The position numbers were made by a program, and so were the translations under genes. The notes beneath the pieces were generated by a model. It made no database searches and was not told the origin of the DNA. It was given only the letters and a program-made list of their open reading frames with translations. From Escherichia coli (GTDB lineage Bacteria > Pseudomonadota > Gammaproteobacteria > Enterobacterales > Enterobacteriaceae), in assembly GCF_030013595.1 (NCBI RefSeq), contig NZ_CP122768.1: 64,000 bases of DNA; one strand, given 5' to 3'. Shown in pieces: positions 10,758 to 22,386 of the stretch. Every line of letters starts with the position of its first letter. Within the stretch, counting starts at the first letter, position 1.

Positions 10758-13220
10758 TCAGACTCCTAACTTCCATGAGAGGGTACGTAGTAGATCGGCA
10801 AAAACACCGGCAGCTGTAACGTCATTGCCCGCACCATATCCGCGCAGCACCAACGGCAGCGGCTGATAATAGTGGCTATAGAAGGCCAGGGCGTTTTCGC
10901 CATTTTTCACTTTGAACAGCGGATCATTACCATCCACTTCGGCAATCTTCACGCGACAGACGCCATCTTCATCAATATTGCCAACATAGCGTAAAACTTT
11001 TCCTTCATCACGGGCCTTCGCCACGCGCGCGGCAAAGAGATCGTCGAGCTGTGACAGATTCGCCATAAAAGCGGTAACATCACCCTCGGCGTTAAACTCA
11101 GCAGGCAGCACAGGTTCAATTTCAATATCCGCCAGCTCCAGTTCACGTCCCGTTTCACGAGCGAGAATCAAAAGTTTACGCGCCACATCCATACCAGAAA
11201 GATCATCTCGCGGATCCGGTTCGGTATAACCCATTTCCCGCGCCAGCGTGGTCGCCTCGGAGAAACTCATGCCTTCGTCTAACTTGCCGAAGATATAAGA
11301 AAGCGAACCAGAAAGAATGCCGGAGAACTTCATCAATTCATCACCTGCATTGAGCAGATTTTGCAGGTTCTCAATAACCGGTAATCCAGCCCCAACGTTG
11401 GTGTCATAGAGGAATTTACGCCGCGATTTTTCCGCCGCATGACGCAACAGATGGTAGTAATCCATCGACGAGGTGTTAGCCTTTTTGTTCGGCGTAACAA
11501 CGTGGAAACCTTCGCGCAGGAAGTCGGCATATTGATCCGCCACTGCCTGGCTGGAGGTGCAGTCAACAATGACCGGGTTTAGCAGATGATATTCTTTCAC
11601 GAGGCGAATTAAGCGCCCGAGATTAAACGGCTCTTTGGCTTGCGCCAGTTCTTCCTGCCAGTTTTCCAGATTAAGGCCATGTACATTGGTGAGCAGAGCC
11701 TTCGAGTTGGCAACACCGCAGACACGTAAGTCGATATGTTTATTCTTCAGCCAGCTTTGCTGACGCTTCAGTTGCTCCAGCAGCGCACCGCCAACGCCAC
11801 CGACGCCAATCACAAACACTTCGATAACCTGATCGGTATTGAACAGCATCTGATGAGTAACGCGCACGCCAGTGGTCGCATCATCGTTATTTACCACGAC
11901 AGAGATTGAGCGTTCAGAAGATCCCTGAGCAATGGCGACAATGTTGATATTGGCGCGGGCCAGCGCGGCAAAGAATTTCGCCGAGATCCCACGCAAGGTG
12001 CGCATACCATCACCTACCACCGAGATAATGGCCAGCCGTTCCGTCACTGCCAGCGGCTCCAGTAAGCCTTCTTTCAGTTCCAGGTAGAACTCTTCCTGCA
12101 TTGCCCGTTCAGCTCGCACACAGTCGCTTTGTGGAACGCAGAAACTGATACTGTATTCAGAAGATGATTGCGTAATCAGCACCACGGAAATACGGGCGCG
12201 TGACATCGCTGCAAAGACGCGCGCCGCCATGCCGACCATCCCTTTCATCCCCGGACCAGAAACGCTGAACATTGCCATGTTATTCAGATTGGAAATGCCC
12301 TTGACCGGTAATTCGTCTTCATCACGGCTGGCACCAATGAGCGTACCTGGTGCTTGAGGATTTCCGGTATTTTTAATCAGGCAAGGGATCTGGAACTGGG
12401 CGATGGGGGTAATGGTGCGGGGGTGAAGAACTTTAGCGCCGAAGTAGGAAAGCTCCATCGCTTCCTGGTAGGACATCGACTTCAACAACCTCGCATCGGG
12501 CACCTGACGCGGGTCGCAGGTATAGACCCCGTCAACGTCTGTCCAAATCTCGCAACAATCGGCGCGTAAACAGGCAGCCAGCACCGCCGCGGAGTAGTCG
12601 GAACCGTTGCGTCCAAGCACCACCAGTTCGCCTTTTTCATTACCGGCGGTGAAACCTGCCATCAGCACCATGTGATCAGCCGGAATACGACTTGCCGCAA
12701 TACGGCGGGTGGACTCAGCAATATCGACGGTAGATTCGAGGTAATGCCCCACTGCCAGCAGTTTTTCGACCGGATCGATAACGGTAACGTTGTGACCGCG
12801 CGCTTCTAATACGCCGGCCATAATGGCGATCGACATTTTCTCGCCACGGCAAATCAGCGCAGCGTTGATGCTATCCGGGCACTGCCCCAACAAACTAATG
12901 CCATGCAGGACATGTTTTATTTGGGCAAATTCCTGATCGACGAAAGTTTTCAATTGCGCCAGCGGGAACCCCGGCTGGGCGGCGGCGAGTCCCGTCAAAA
13001 GTTCGGCAAAAATACGTTCGGCATCGCTGATATTGGGTAAAGCATCCTGGCCGCTAATGGTTTTTTCAATCATCGCCACCAGGTGGTTGGTGATTTTGGC
13101 GGGGGCAGAGAGGACGGTGGCCACCTGCCCCTGCCTGGCATTGCTTTCCAGAATATCGGCAACCCGCAGAAAACGTTCTGCATTTGCCACTGATGTACCG
13201 CCGAACTTCAACACTCGCAT
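10758..13220 (-). CDS. thrA: Bifunctional aspartokinase I / homoserine dehydrogenase I
   Basis: Translation [32 protein letters not shown]; 820 aa from internal Met of the 834-aa track ORF; start complement at 13218-13220. Confidence 0.95.
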   Translation of the reverse strand: MRVLKFGGTSVANAERFLRVADILESNARQGQVATVLSAPAKITNHLVAMIEKTISGQDALPNISDAERIFAELLTGLAAAQPGFPLAQLKTFVDQEFAQIKHVLHGISLLGQCPDSINAALICRGEKMSIAIMAGVLEARGHNVTVIDPVEKLLAVGHYLESTVDIAESTRRIAASRIPADHMVLMAGFTAGNEKGELVVLGRNGSDYSAAVLAACLRADCCEIWTDVDGVYTCDPRQVPDARLLKSMSYQEAMELSYFGAKVLHPRTITPIAQFQIPCLIKNTGNPQAPGTLIGASRDEDELPVKGISNLNNMAMFSVSGPGMKGMVGMAARVFAAMSRARISVVLITQSSSEYSISFCVPQSDCVRAERAMQEEFYLELKEGLLEPLAVTERLAIISVVGDGMRTLRGISAKFFAALARANINIVAIAQGSSERSISVVVNNDDATTGVRVTHQMLFNTDQVIEVFVIGVGGVGGALLEQLKRQQSWLKNKHIDLRVCGVANSKALLTNVHGLNLENWQEELAQAKEPFNLGRLIRLVKEYHLLNPVIVDCTSSQAVADQYADFLREGFHVVTPNKKANTSSMDYYHLLRHAAEKSRRKFLYDTNVGAGLPVIENLQNLLNAGDELMKFSGILSGSLSYIFGKLDEGMSFSEATTLAREMGYTEPDPRDDLSGMDVARKLLILARETGRELELADIEIEPVLPAEFNAEGDVTAFMANLSQLDDLFAARVAKARDEGKVLRYVGNIDEDGVCRVKIAEVDGNDPLFKVKNGENALAFYSHYYQPLPLVLRGYGAGNDVTAAGVFADLLRTLSWKLGV

Positions 13221-13246
13221 GGTTGTTACCTCGTTACCTTTGGTCG

Positions 13247-13282
13247 AAAAAAAAGCCCGCACTGTCAGGTGCGGGCTTTTTT
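13247..13282 (-). terminator. thr operon attenuator terminator
   Basis: GCCCGCA/TGCGGGC hairpin (13255-13276) flanked by A8 and T6, between thrL and thrA. Confidence 0.8.
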
Positions 13283-13300
13283 CTGTGTTTCCTGTACGCG

Positions 13301-13369
<69 letters not shown>

Positions 13370-13579
13370 TGTTGTGTACTCTGTAATTTTTAACTGTCTG
13401 TGCGCTATGCCTATATTGGTTAAAGTATTTAGTGACCTAAGTCAATAAAATTTTAATTTACTCACGGCAGGTAACCAGTTCAGAAGCTGCTATCAGACAC
13501 TCTTTTTTTAATCCACACAGAGACATATTGCCCGTTGCAGTCAGAATGAAAAGCTGAAAAATACTTACTAAGGCGTTTT

Positions 13580-14266
13580 TTATTTGGTGATATTTTTTTC
13601 AATATCATGCAGCAAACGGTGCAACATTGCCGTGTCTCGTTGCTCTAAAAGCCCCAGACGTTGTTGTAACCAGTCGACCAGTTTTGTGTCATCTGCCACT
13701 GCCAGAGTCGTCAGCAATGCCATGGCTCGTTCGCGTAAAGCTTGCAGTTGATGTTGGTCTGCCATTGTGTCACTTTTCGCCGGTTGTTGTATTAATGTTG
13801 CTAATTGATAGCAATAGACCATCACCGCCTGCCCCAGATTGAGCGAAGGATAATCCGCCACCATCGGCACACCAGTAAGAACGTCAGCCAACGCTAACTC
13901 TTCGTTAGTCAACCCGGAATCTTCGCGACCAAACACCAGCGCGGCATGGCTCATCCATGAAGATTTTTCCTCTAACAGCGGCACCAGTTCTACTGGCGTA
14001 GCGTAGTAATGATATTTCGCCCGACTGCGCGCAGTGGTGGCGACAGTGAAATCGACATCGTGTAACGATTCAGCCAGTGTCGGGAAAACTTTAATATTAT
14101 CAATAATATCACCAGATCCATGTGCGACCCAGCGGGTGGCTGGCTCCAGGTGTGCCTGACTATCGACAATCCGCAGCTCGCTAAACCCCATCGTTTTCAT
14201 TGCCCGCGCCGCTGCCCCAATATTTTCTGCTCTGGCGGGTGCAACCAGAATAATCGTTATACGCAT
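13580..14266 (-). CDS. lasT: SpoU/TrmH-family tRNA/rRNA methyltransferase LasT (YjtD)
   Basis: Translation MRITIILVAPARAENIGAAARAMKTMGF from internal Met of track ORF; 228 aa. Confidence 0.85.
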   Translation of the reverse strand: MRITIILVAPARAENIGAAARAMKTMGFSELRIVDSQAHLEPATRWVAHGSGDIIDNIKVFPTLAESLHDVDFTVATTARSRAKYHYYATPVELVPLLEEKSSWMSHAALVFGREDSGLTNEELALADVLTGVPMVADYPSLNLGQAVMVYCYQLATLIQQPAKSDTMADQHQLQALRERAMALLTTLAVADDTKLVDWLQQRLGLLEQRDTAMLHRLLHDIEKNITK

Positions 14267-14665
14267 ATTGCCACTCTTCTTGATCAAATAACCGCGAACC
14301 GAATGATCACTGTCAACTTATTACGCGGTGCGAATTTACAAATTCTTAACGTAAGTCGCAGAAAAAGCCCTTTACTTAGCTTAAAAAAGGCTAAACTATT
14401 TCCTGACTGTACTAACGGTTGAATTGTTAAAAAATGCTACATATCCTTCTGTTTACTTAGGATAATTTTATAAAAAATAAATCTCGACAATTGGATTCAC
14501 CACGTTTATTAGTTGTATGATGCAACTAGTTGGATTATTAAAATAATGTGACGAAAGCTAGCATTTAGATACGATGATTTCATCAAACTGTTAACGTGCT
14601 ACAATTGAACTTGATATATGTCAACGAAGCGTAGTTTTATTGGGTGTCCGGCCCCTCTTAGCCTG

Positions 14666-14806
14666 TTATGTTGCTGTTAAAATGGTTAGGATGACAGCCG
14701 TTTTTGACACTGTCGGGTCCTGAGGGAAAGTACCCACGACCAAGCTAATGATGTTGTTGACGTTGATGGAAAGTGCATCAAGAACGCAATTACGTACTTT
14801 AGTCAT
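14666..14806 (-). CDS. yjjY: Small protein YjjY
   Basis: Reverse complement reads MTKVRNCVLDALSINVNNIISLVVGTFPQDPTVSKTAVILTILTAT (46 aa); below the 60-aa track cutoff; between lasT and arcA. Confidence 0.55.
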   Translation of the reverse strand: MTKVRNCVLDALSINVNNIISLVVGTFPQDPTVSKTAVILTILTAT

Positions 14807-14901
14807 GTTACGCCGATCATGTTAATTTGCAGCATGCATCAGGCAGGTCAGGGACTTTTGTACTTCCTGTTTCGATTTAGTTGGCAATTTAGGTAGCAAA
14901 C

Positions 14902-15618
14902 ATGCAGACCCCGCACATTCTTATCGTTGAAGACGAGTTGGTAACACGCAACACGTTGAAAAGTATTTTCGAAGCGGAAGGCTATGATGTTTTCGAAGCG
15001 ACAGATGGCGCGGAAATGCATCAGATCCTCTCTGAATATGACATCAACCTGGTGATCATGGATATCAATCTGCCGGGTAAGAACGGTCTTCTGTTAGCGC
15101 GTGAACTGCGCGAGCAGGCGAATGTTGCGTTGATGTTCCTGACTGGCCGTGACAACGAAGTCGATAAAATTCTCGGCCTCGAAATCGGTGCAGATGACTA
15201 CATCACCAAACCGTTCAACCCGCGTGAACTGACGATTCGTGCACGCAACCTGCTGTCCCGTACCATGAATCTGGGTACTGTCAGCGAAGAACGTCGTAGC
15301 GTTGAAAGCTACAAGTTCAATGGTTGGGAACTGGACATCAACAGCCGTTCGTTGATCGGCCCTGATGGCGAGCAGTACAAGCTGCCGCGCAGTGAGTTCC
15401 GCGCCATGCTTCACTTCTGTGAAAACCCAGGCAAAATTCAGTCCCGTGCTGAACTGCTGAAGAAAATGACCGGCCGTGAGCTGAAACCGCACGACCGTAC
15501 TGTAGACGTGACGATCCGCCGTATTCGTAAACATTTCGAATCTACGCCGGATACGCCGGAAATCATCGCCACCATTCACGGTGAAGGTTATCGCTTCTGC
15601 GGTGATCTGGAAGATTAA
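14902..15618 (+). CDS. arcA: Aerobic respiration control response regulator ArcA
   Basis: 238-aa [33 protein letters not shown]; OmpR-family receiver plus winged helix. Confidence 0.95.
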
Positions 15619-15636
15619 TCGGCTTTACCACCGTCA

Positions 15637-15672
15637 AAAAAACGGCGCTTTTTAGCGCCGTTTTTATTTTTC
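15637..15672. terminator. Bidirectional terminator between arcA and creD
   Basis: AAAAAACGGCGCTTTTTAGCGCCGTTTTTATTTTT: GC stem with A/T runs on both sides. Confidence 0.6.
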
Positions 15673-15676
15673 AACC

Positions 15677-17029
15677 TTATTTCCAGATACGTAATTCATC
15701 GTCCGTTGTAACTTCTTTACTGGCTTTCATTTTCGGCAGTGAAAACGCATACCAGTCGATATTACGGGTCACAAACATCATGCCGGCCAGCGCCACCACC
15801 AGCACACTGGTTCCCAACAACAGCGCGCTATCGGCAGAGTTGAGCAGTCCCCACATCACACCATCCAGCAACAACAGCGCGAGGGTAAACAACATGCTGT
15901 TGCACCAACCTTTCAATACCGCCTGCAAATAAATACCGTTCATTATCGCCCCAATCAGACTGGCGATTATCCATGCCACGGTAAAACCGGTATGTTCAGA
16001 AAGCGCCAGCAAGAGCAAATAAAACATCACCAATGAAAGCCCCACCAGCAAATATTGCATTGGGTGTAAACGTTGCGCGGTGAGCGTTTCAAAAACAAAG
16101 AACGCCATAAAAGTCAGTGCAATCAGCAGAATGGCGTACTTAGTCGCCCGGTCAGTTAATTGGTATTGATCGGCTGGCGTCGTTACTGCGACGCTAAACG
16201 CCGGGAAGTTTTCCCAGCCGGTATCATTGCCTGAAGCAAAACGCTCACCGAGATTATTAGCAAACCAGCTGCTTTGCCAGTGCGCCTGAAAACCTGACTC
16301 GCTAACTTCCCGTTTGGCTGGTAGAAAATCACCTAAAAAACTGGGATGCGGCCAGTTGCTGGTTAAGGTCATTTCGCTATTACGCCCGCCAGGCACCACA
16401 GAAAGATCGCCGGTACCGCTTAAATTCAGGGCCATATTCAGCTTCAGGTTCTGCTTCCGCCAGTCCCCTTCAGGTAAAGGGATATGCACGCCCTGCCCGC
16501 CTTGCTCTAACCCGGTGCCGGGTTCAATGGTCAGCGCCGTTCCGTTAACTTCAGGCGCTTTCACCACACCAATACCACGCGCATCCCCGACGCTAATCAC
16601 AATAAATGGCTTGCCTAAGGTGATATTTGGCGCGTTGAGTTCGCTAAGACGCGAAACATCGAAATCGGCTTTTAGCGTTAAATCACTGTGCCAGACCTGA
16701 CCGGTATAAATCCCTATCTTGCGTTCTTCCACGTTCTGATTGCCATCAACCATCAATGACTCAGGTAACCAAAAATGGATAAAACTTCGTTTCCGCTCCA
16801 CGGTTTTATCCTCTTCCTGCACCGTATAAAGCTCGGTCACAGGAATAGCGATGAGCGGCCCAACGAGTTTTTGCGGCCCGCTGGTACTTTGGCGAATCGC
16901 ATCTTCCACATCGCTACGGTAATCAGCACGTTCGACAATCACCTGCCGAATCAGCATTATCGGAATCAACAACAGCAATACTGCACCAAACAGGGTGGTC
17001 ATTTTCCAGAACAGGGGGGATTTCAACAT
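15677..17029 (-). CDS. creD: Inner membrane protein CreD
   Basis: 450-aa membrane ORF; last gene of creABCD. Confidence 0.9.
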   Translation of the reverse strand: MLKSPLFWKMTTLFGAVLLLLIPIMLIRQVIVERADYRSDVEDAIRQSTSGPQKLVGPLIAIPVTELYTVQEEDKTVERKRSFIHFWLPESLMVDGNQNVEERKIGIYTGQVWHSDLTLKADFDVSRLSELNAPNITLGKPFIVISVGDARGIGVVKAPEVNGTALTIEPGTGLEQGGQGVHIPLPEGDWRKQNLKLNMALNLSGTGDLSVVPGGRNSEMTLTSNWPHPSFLGDFLPAKREVSESGFQAHWQSSWFANNLGERFASGNDTGWENFPAFSVAVTTPADQYQLTDRATKYAILLIALTFMAFFVFETLTAQRLHPMQYLLVGLSLVMFYLLLLALSEHTGFTVAWIIASLIGAIMNGIYLQAVLKGWCNSMLFTLALLLLDGVMWGLLNSADSALLLGTSVLVVALAGMMFVTRNIDWYAFSLPKMKASKEVTTDDELRIWK

Positions 17030-17086
17030 AGTCTTCTCCTTTGCAATGGCAGCAGGATACGAAGGCTATGTGGGAAGAATTTGAAG

Positions 17087-18511
17087 CTATGTGAAGTGAC
17101 GGTGAAGTCGAAGCGAAGCCAGCACGCCACCTTCCTGCACGTTGCGCAGCGTGACTTCGCCGTTAAACAAACGGGCGACCTCACTGACGAACGCCAACCC
17201 CAGACCGCTGCTTTTTTGCCCATTTGCACGCGGCAAAGAGTAAAAGCGTTCAAAAATACGTGAAAGCGCGTAGTCAGGAATACCACTACCGGTATCCAGC
17301 ACCTTAAGCGTGACGTGTTCCTGATCCACTTCGGCGCTTAGCGTGATGCAACCGCTCTCGGGGGTAAAATCGATGGCGTTATCCAGTAAATTCCCCAGCG
17401 CCTGATCCAGTAACGCCGGTTCAGCAGCAACATTAACCTCGGTGGGCATAACATGCAAAGTGATGTTTTTTTCTGCCAACTGCACGGTACGCGCTTCGCT
17501 GACGCGGCGAAATAATGCCGCCACATCAACAGCAGTCAGAACGACTTCCTGACGATTCTCCAGTCTTGCCTGGCATAGTAACGTTTCCACCAGCGCCTGC
17601 ATTCGCGCATTTTGCGTCAGAATGTTGTCAGTAAAACGAGCCACCACTTCCGGCGGCGGACCTTCGCGTAAAATTTCCGCCGCTCCACGAATCGCCGCCA
17701 GTGGGCTTTTTAGCTCATGAGTTAATGCGTAAACATACTGCTCAATATAGTTTTTCCCTTCCAGCTTCACGCGCATACTTTCCAGCGCCTGCGCGAGTTT
17801 ACGCAGCTCGCTACTACCGAGATCGGGGAGAGGAACGGGCTTATTGTCAGTGACGGAATCAGCATAGCGAGTGAGCCGGGCAATGGAGCGGTTGATCCAC
17901 CAAACCATGCCTGCGCCAATCACCAGTGCAATCCCCAACAAAATGGCGCTGGCCCATAAAATTCGCCGCTCGCTGCGCTTAATGACCGGAGCCATCGCCG
18001 CGTTCGGTTTGCCTACGCTCAAAACGCCAATAAGCCGCGAGCCGTCCATAATCGGCGCGGCAACATACATCACCGAACTTTCGGGATCGGCAGGATTTTG
18101 CAACGTGCTGCGCGCACCATACTGACCACGCAACGTTAGCCAGACGTCATTCCAGCGCGAATAATCCTGTCCAACGGCTTTATTTGCCGAATCGAACAAT
18201 ACTTTGCCCTGCGCATCGGTCATATAGACATGATATTCATTGCGCACTTTGTTAATGCCACCGATATTGGCGCGAAACGGGCGATGTTGTAGCTGATTAA
18301 ACGCCTGCGCCAGTTGCCCATGCGTTGTGTCCCCAGAGAGCAAATCGGGACGCGCCAGCTCCGCCAGCAACGTTGCGGTGTCGATCAACGTCCCCTCCGT
18401 TGCTCTTCGCACGCCCGGTTTAACTTCTTTGACAAAAATAGCCAGTACGAACCAGGCCGCCACCGCCACCAGTAAAAAATAGCCCAGCAGCAACCGCATG
18501 CCGATACGCAT
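17087..18511 (-). CDS. creC: Sensor histidine kinase CreC
   Basis: 474-aa ORF with N-terminal TM segments and HisKA/HATPase region; start overlaps creB stop. Confidence 0.9.
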   Translation of the reverse strand: MRIGMRLLLGYFLLVAVAAWFVLAIFVKEVKPGVRRATEGTLIDTATLLAELARPDLLSGDTTHGQLAQAFNQLQHRPFRANIGGINKVRNEYHVYMTDAQGKVLFDSANKAVGQDYSRWNDVWLTLRGQYGARSTLQNPADPESSVMYVAAPIMDGSRLIGVLSVGKPNAAMAPVIKRSERRILWASAILLGIALVIGAGMVWWINRSIARLTRYADSVTDNKPVPLPDLGSSELRKLAQALESMRVKLEGKNYIEQYVYALTHELKSPLAAIRGAAEILREGPPPEVVARFTDNILTQNARMQALVETLLCQARLENRQEVVLTAVDVAALFRRVSEARTVQLAEKNITLHVMPTEVNVAAEPALLDQALGNLLDNAIDFTPESGCITLSAEVDQEHVTLKVLDTGSGIPDYALSRIFERFYSLPRANGQKSSGLGLAFVSEVARLFNGEVTLRNVQEGGVLASLRLHRHFT

Positions 18512-19200
18512 TACAGGCCCCTCAGGCTATATCCCATGCCGCGATGAGTATTAATCGGTGAAAGATCGGGGTTGATGGCGCGCAGCTTGGCACGCAGCGT
18601 TTTAATGTGGGTATCGACGGTGCGATCGTAGGTGTCCTGCGCATCTTCCCACACGCTATCCATCAGTTGCTGGCGGGACCAGACGCGGCCCGGTGACTTG
18701 AGTAACGTCTTCAACAATAAAAACTCATACCGAGTCAGCGCTAATGGCGTGTCAAACCAGCTGATCTGCGCCGCGGGTTCATTCAATTCAAAATGTCCAA
18801 TACGGATGACGGGAGACGGCGTCGAGAACTTCTTCACCCGACGCAGTAAGGTGCGCACCCTGGCGCACACTTCGCGGGGTGAAAACGGTTTAGCCACATA
18901 GTCGTCAGCGCCAATTTCCAGCCCAAGCAGGCGATCGACCTCTTCACTTCGGGCCGTCAGGAACAGTACAGGTAACGCCGGATGGAGCGCCAGTAACTGG
19001 CGGCACAATTCAAAGCCGCTAATATCCGGCAGACCAACATCGAGAATCATGACGTCGGGTACCTGCTGGCGAGCTTTATCCAGCACCGGCAAGCCTCGCT
19101 CAAAGACCTCGACGGCAAAACCTTCCTGCTGCAACATGTAGACCAGCGTGTCGGCTATCCCTTGCTCATCTTCCACTAACCAGACCGTTTCCCGTTGCAT
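18511..19200 (-). CDS. creB: Response regulator CreB
   Basis: 229-aa OmpR-family ORF MQRETVWLVEDEQGIADTLVYMLQQEGF. Confidence 0.9.
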   Translation of the reverse strand: MQRETVWLVEDEQGIADTLVYMLQQEGFAVEVFERGLPVLDKARQQVPDVMILDVGLPDISGFELCRQLLALHPALPVLFLTARSEEVDRLLGLEIGADDYVAKPFSPREVCARVRTLLRRVKKFSTPSPVIRIGHFELNEPAAQISWFDTPLALTRYEFLLLKTLLKSPGRVWSRQQLMDSVWEDAQDTYDRTVDTHIKTLRAKLRAINPDLSPINTHRGMGYSLRGL

Positions 19201-19212
19201 AAATCGCCTCTG

Positions 19213-19686
19213 TTATTGCCGCCACGGCATGACAGGAACCGCGCTAATCGCGTTTTTCGGCGAACCTTCTACAACTTTGTCGGAGTAAGCCAGATAAGCG
19301 AGCGCGTTGCGTTTGGCATCATAAAAGCGCACGACCTGTAACGACTTAAAGACCAGGGACGTGCGTTTTTTGAATACTACCTCGCCCTGAGCTTTGCCGT
19401 TTTTAATACGATCCGACAGTTCAATCGGCCCGACTTGCTGACAAGAAATGGCCGCATCGGAGGTATCTTCTGCCAGGCCCAATCCCCCTTTAATACCACC
19501 GGTTTTCGCCCGGCTCACATAACAGGTGACATTTTTCACATCGGGATCGTCAAAGGCTTCCACAACAATTTTGTGATCCGGGCCGATCATTTTAAATACG
19601 GTGTCGACCGAACCAATCTCTTCTGCATGAGCCAATGGCCCCAGCATTATCAGGCTTAAAGACAGGATCAAATGCTTGTATTTCAT
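19213..19686 (-). CDS. creA: Periplasmic protein CreA
   Basis: 157-aa ORF with signal peptide [21 protein letters not shown]. Confidence 0.85.
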
Positions 19687-19896
19687 ATTGTTACCATTTT
19701 TATCTATTACACGAGCAATTAGTTCGTCACGGTAAATAACATATTGATTAAGAACAAAATCTCAATACTTTTATTTCCGTCAAGTCCTAAAACATACTCT
19801 ACTAAGAAAAAAACACTGAATGCTAAAACAGCAAAAAATGCTATTATCCAATTACCTGATGTCAGGTGCTCGTTGTTGAAAGGATGAGGATATTTT

Positions 19897-20766
19897 ATGG
19901 ATCAGGCCGGCATTATTCGCGACCTTTTAATCTGGCTGGAAGGTCATCTGGATCAGCCCCTGTCGCTCGACAATGTAGCGGCGAAAGCAGGTTATTCCAA
20001 GTGGCACTTACAGAGAATGTTTAAAGATGTCACTGGCCATGCTATTGGCGCGTATATTCGTGCTCGTCGTTTGTCGAAATCGGCGGTCGCACTACGCCTG
20101 ACTGCGCGTCCGATTCTGGACATCGCGCTGCAATACCGCTTCGACTCTCAACAGACATTTACCCGCGCATTCAAGAAGCAGTTTGCCCAGACTCCTGCAC
20201 TTTACCGCCGTTCTCCTGAATGGAGCGCCTTTGGTATTCGCCCGCCGCTACGCCTGGGTGAATTCACTATGCCAGAGCACAAATTTGTCACCCTGGAAGA
20301 TACGCCGCTGATTGGTGTTACCCAGAGCTACTCCTGTTCGCTGGAGCAAATCTCTGATTTCCGCCATGAAATGCGTTATCAGTTCTGGCACGATTTTCTC
20401 GGCAACGCGCCGACCATTCCGCCGGTGCTCTACGGCCTGAATGAAACGCGTCCGAGTCAGGATAAAGACGACGAACAAGAAGTATTCTATACCACCGCGT
20501 TAGCCCAGGATCAGGCAGATGGCTATGTACTGACGGGGCATCCGGTGATGCTGCAGGGCGGCGAATATGTGATGTTTACCTATGAAGGTCTGGGAACCGG
20601 CGTGCAGGAGTTTATCCTGACGGTATACGGAACGTGTATGCCAATGCTCAACCTGACGCGCCGTAAAGGTCAGGATATTGAGCGATACTACCCGGCAGAA
20701 GATGCCAAAGCGGGAGATCGCCCAATTAATCTGCGCTGTGAACTGCTGATTCCGATCCGTCGTTAA
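19897..20766 (+). CDS. rob: AraC/XylS-family right-origin-binding protein Rob
   Basis: 289-aa ORF MDQAGIIRDLLIWLEGHLDQPLSLDNVAAKAGYSKWHLQRMFK; N-terminal HTH_AraC. Confidence 0.9.
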   Translation: MDQAGIIRDLLIWLEGHLDQPLSLDNVAAKAGYSKWHLQRMFKDVTGHAIGAYIRARRLSKSAVALRLTARPILDIALQYRFDSQQTFTRAFKKQFAQTPALYRRSPEWSAFGIRPPLRLGEFTMPEHKFVTLEDTPLIGVTQSYSCSLEQISDFRHEMRYQFWHDFLGNAPTIPPVLYGLNETRPSQDKDDEQEVFYTTALAQDQADGYVLTGHPVMLQGGEYVMFTYEGLGTGVQEFILTVYGTCMPMLNLTRRKGQDIERYYPAEDAKAGDRPINLRCELLIPIRR

Positions 20767-21410
20767 CGCTGCAGCTCATCTAATGCAGGGGCGTCCAGAT
20801 GCGAGATGTCCCCTGCGGTTTCAACGACCCAACCAGACGCCAGCCACAGGCTTTCCTGATAATCCACGCGCGAAATAGAACAGTTACGCAGACGTAAGCG
20901 ACGCTCTGCCCATGCTGGTAATCCGAGAATCGTACTCACCAGGCATCCCAGTGCAATACCGTGGCTCACCAGCAGCGGTCGGCTTCCCTGCGGTAAGTCC
21001 CGGCAAGATTCCAGTGCCGCATTGACGCGATCGCTGAGCTCCTGCATTGACTCGCCTTCAGGAATACGCCCGTCAACGGTGCCATTGACCAGCTGCCGAC
21101 GCCAGTTCTCTTCTTCTTCGGTCAGAGAATCGATATGTCTTTTTTCCAGCACACCCATGTTTAATTCACGCAGGCGAGAATCAAAGATGATGTCACAGCC
21201 GCAGGCCTGGGCGATGATTTCCGCCGTACGCCGGGTGCGTCCTAAATCGCTACTGATGATATGCGTAATGCCAAGCTCTTTGGCACGGGTTGCCACCTGC
21301 ATCGCCTGTTGCTCACCTTTGGCGGTCAGCGGGCTGTCAGACTGGCCCTGAATACGTCGCTCGGCGTTCCACTGCGTTTCACCGTGGCGGACTAGGTATA
21401 CCTGTAACAT
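20763..21410 (-). CDS. gpmB: Phosphoglycerate mutase family phosphatase GpmB (YtjC)
   Basis: 215-aa ORF MLQVYLVRHGETQWNAERRIQGQSDSPLT; His-phosphatase RHGE motif. Confidence 0.9.
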   Translation of the reverse strand: MLQVYLVRHGETQWNAERRIQGQSDSPLTAKGEQQAMQVATRAKELGITHIISSDLGRTRRTAEIIAQACGCDIIFDSRLRELNMGVLEKRHIDSLTEEEENWRRQLVNGTVDGRIPEGESMQELSDRVNAALESCRDLPQGSRPLLVSHGIALGCLVSTILGLPAWAERRLRLRNCSISRVDYQESLWLASGWVVETAGDISHLDAPALDELQR

Positions 21411-21449
21411 GCTTTTTTTCCGTATACTGCTGTAACGTTAATTTTCTGA

Positions 21450-22312
<863 letters not shown>

Positions 22313-22386
22313 TTAGCGGGGGAAGCAAAATGCCTCCCCCGGTTGTACTCGCTAAAGAGTACGATAGCATATCATAAACGTGCGGA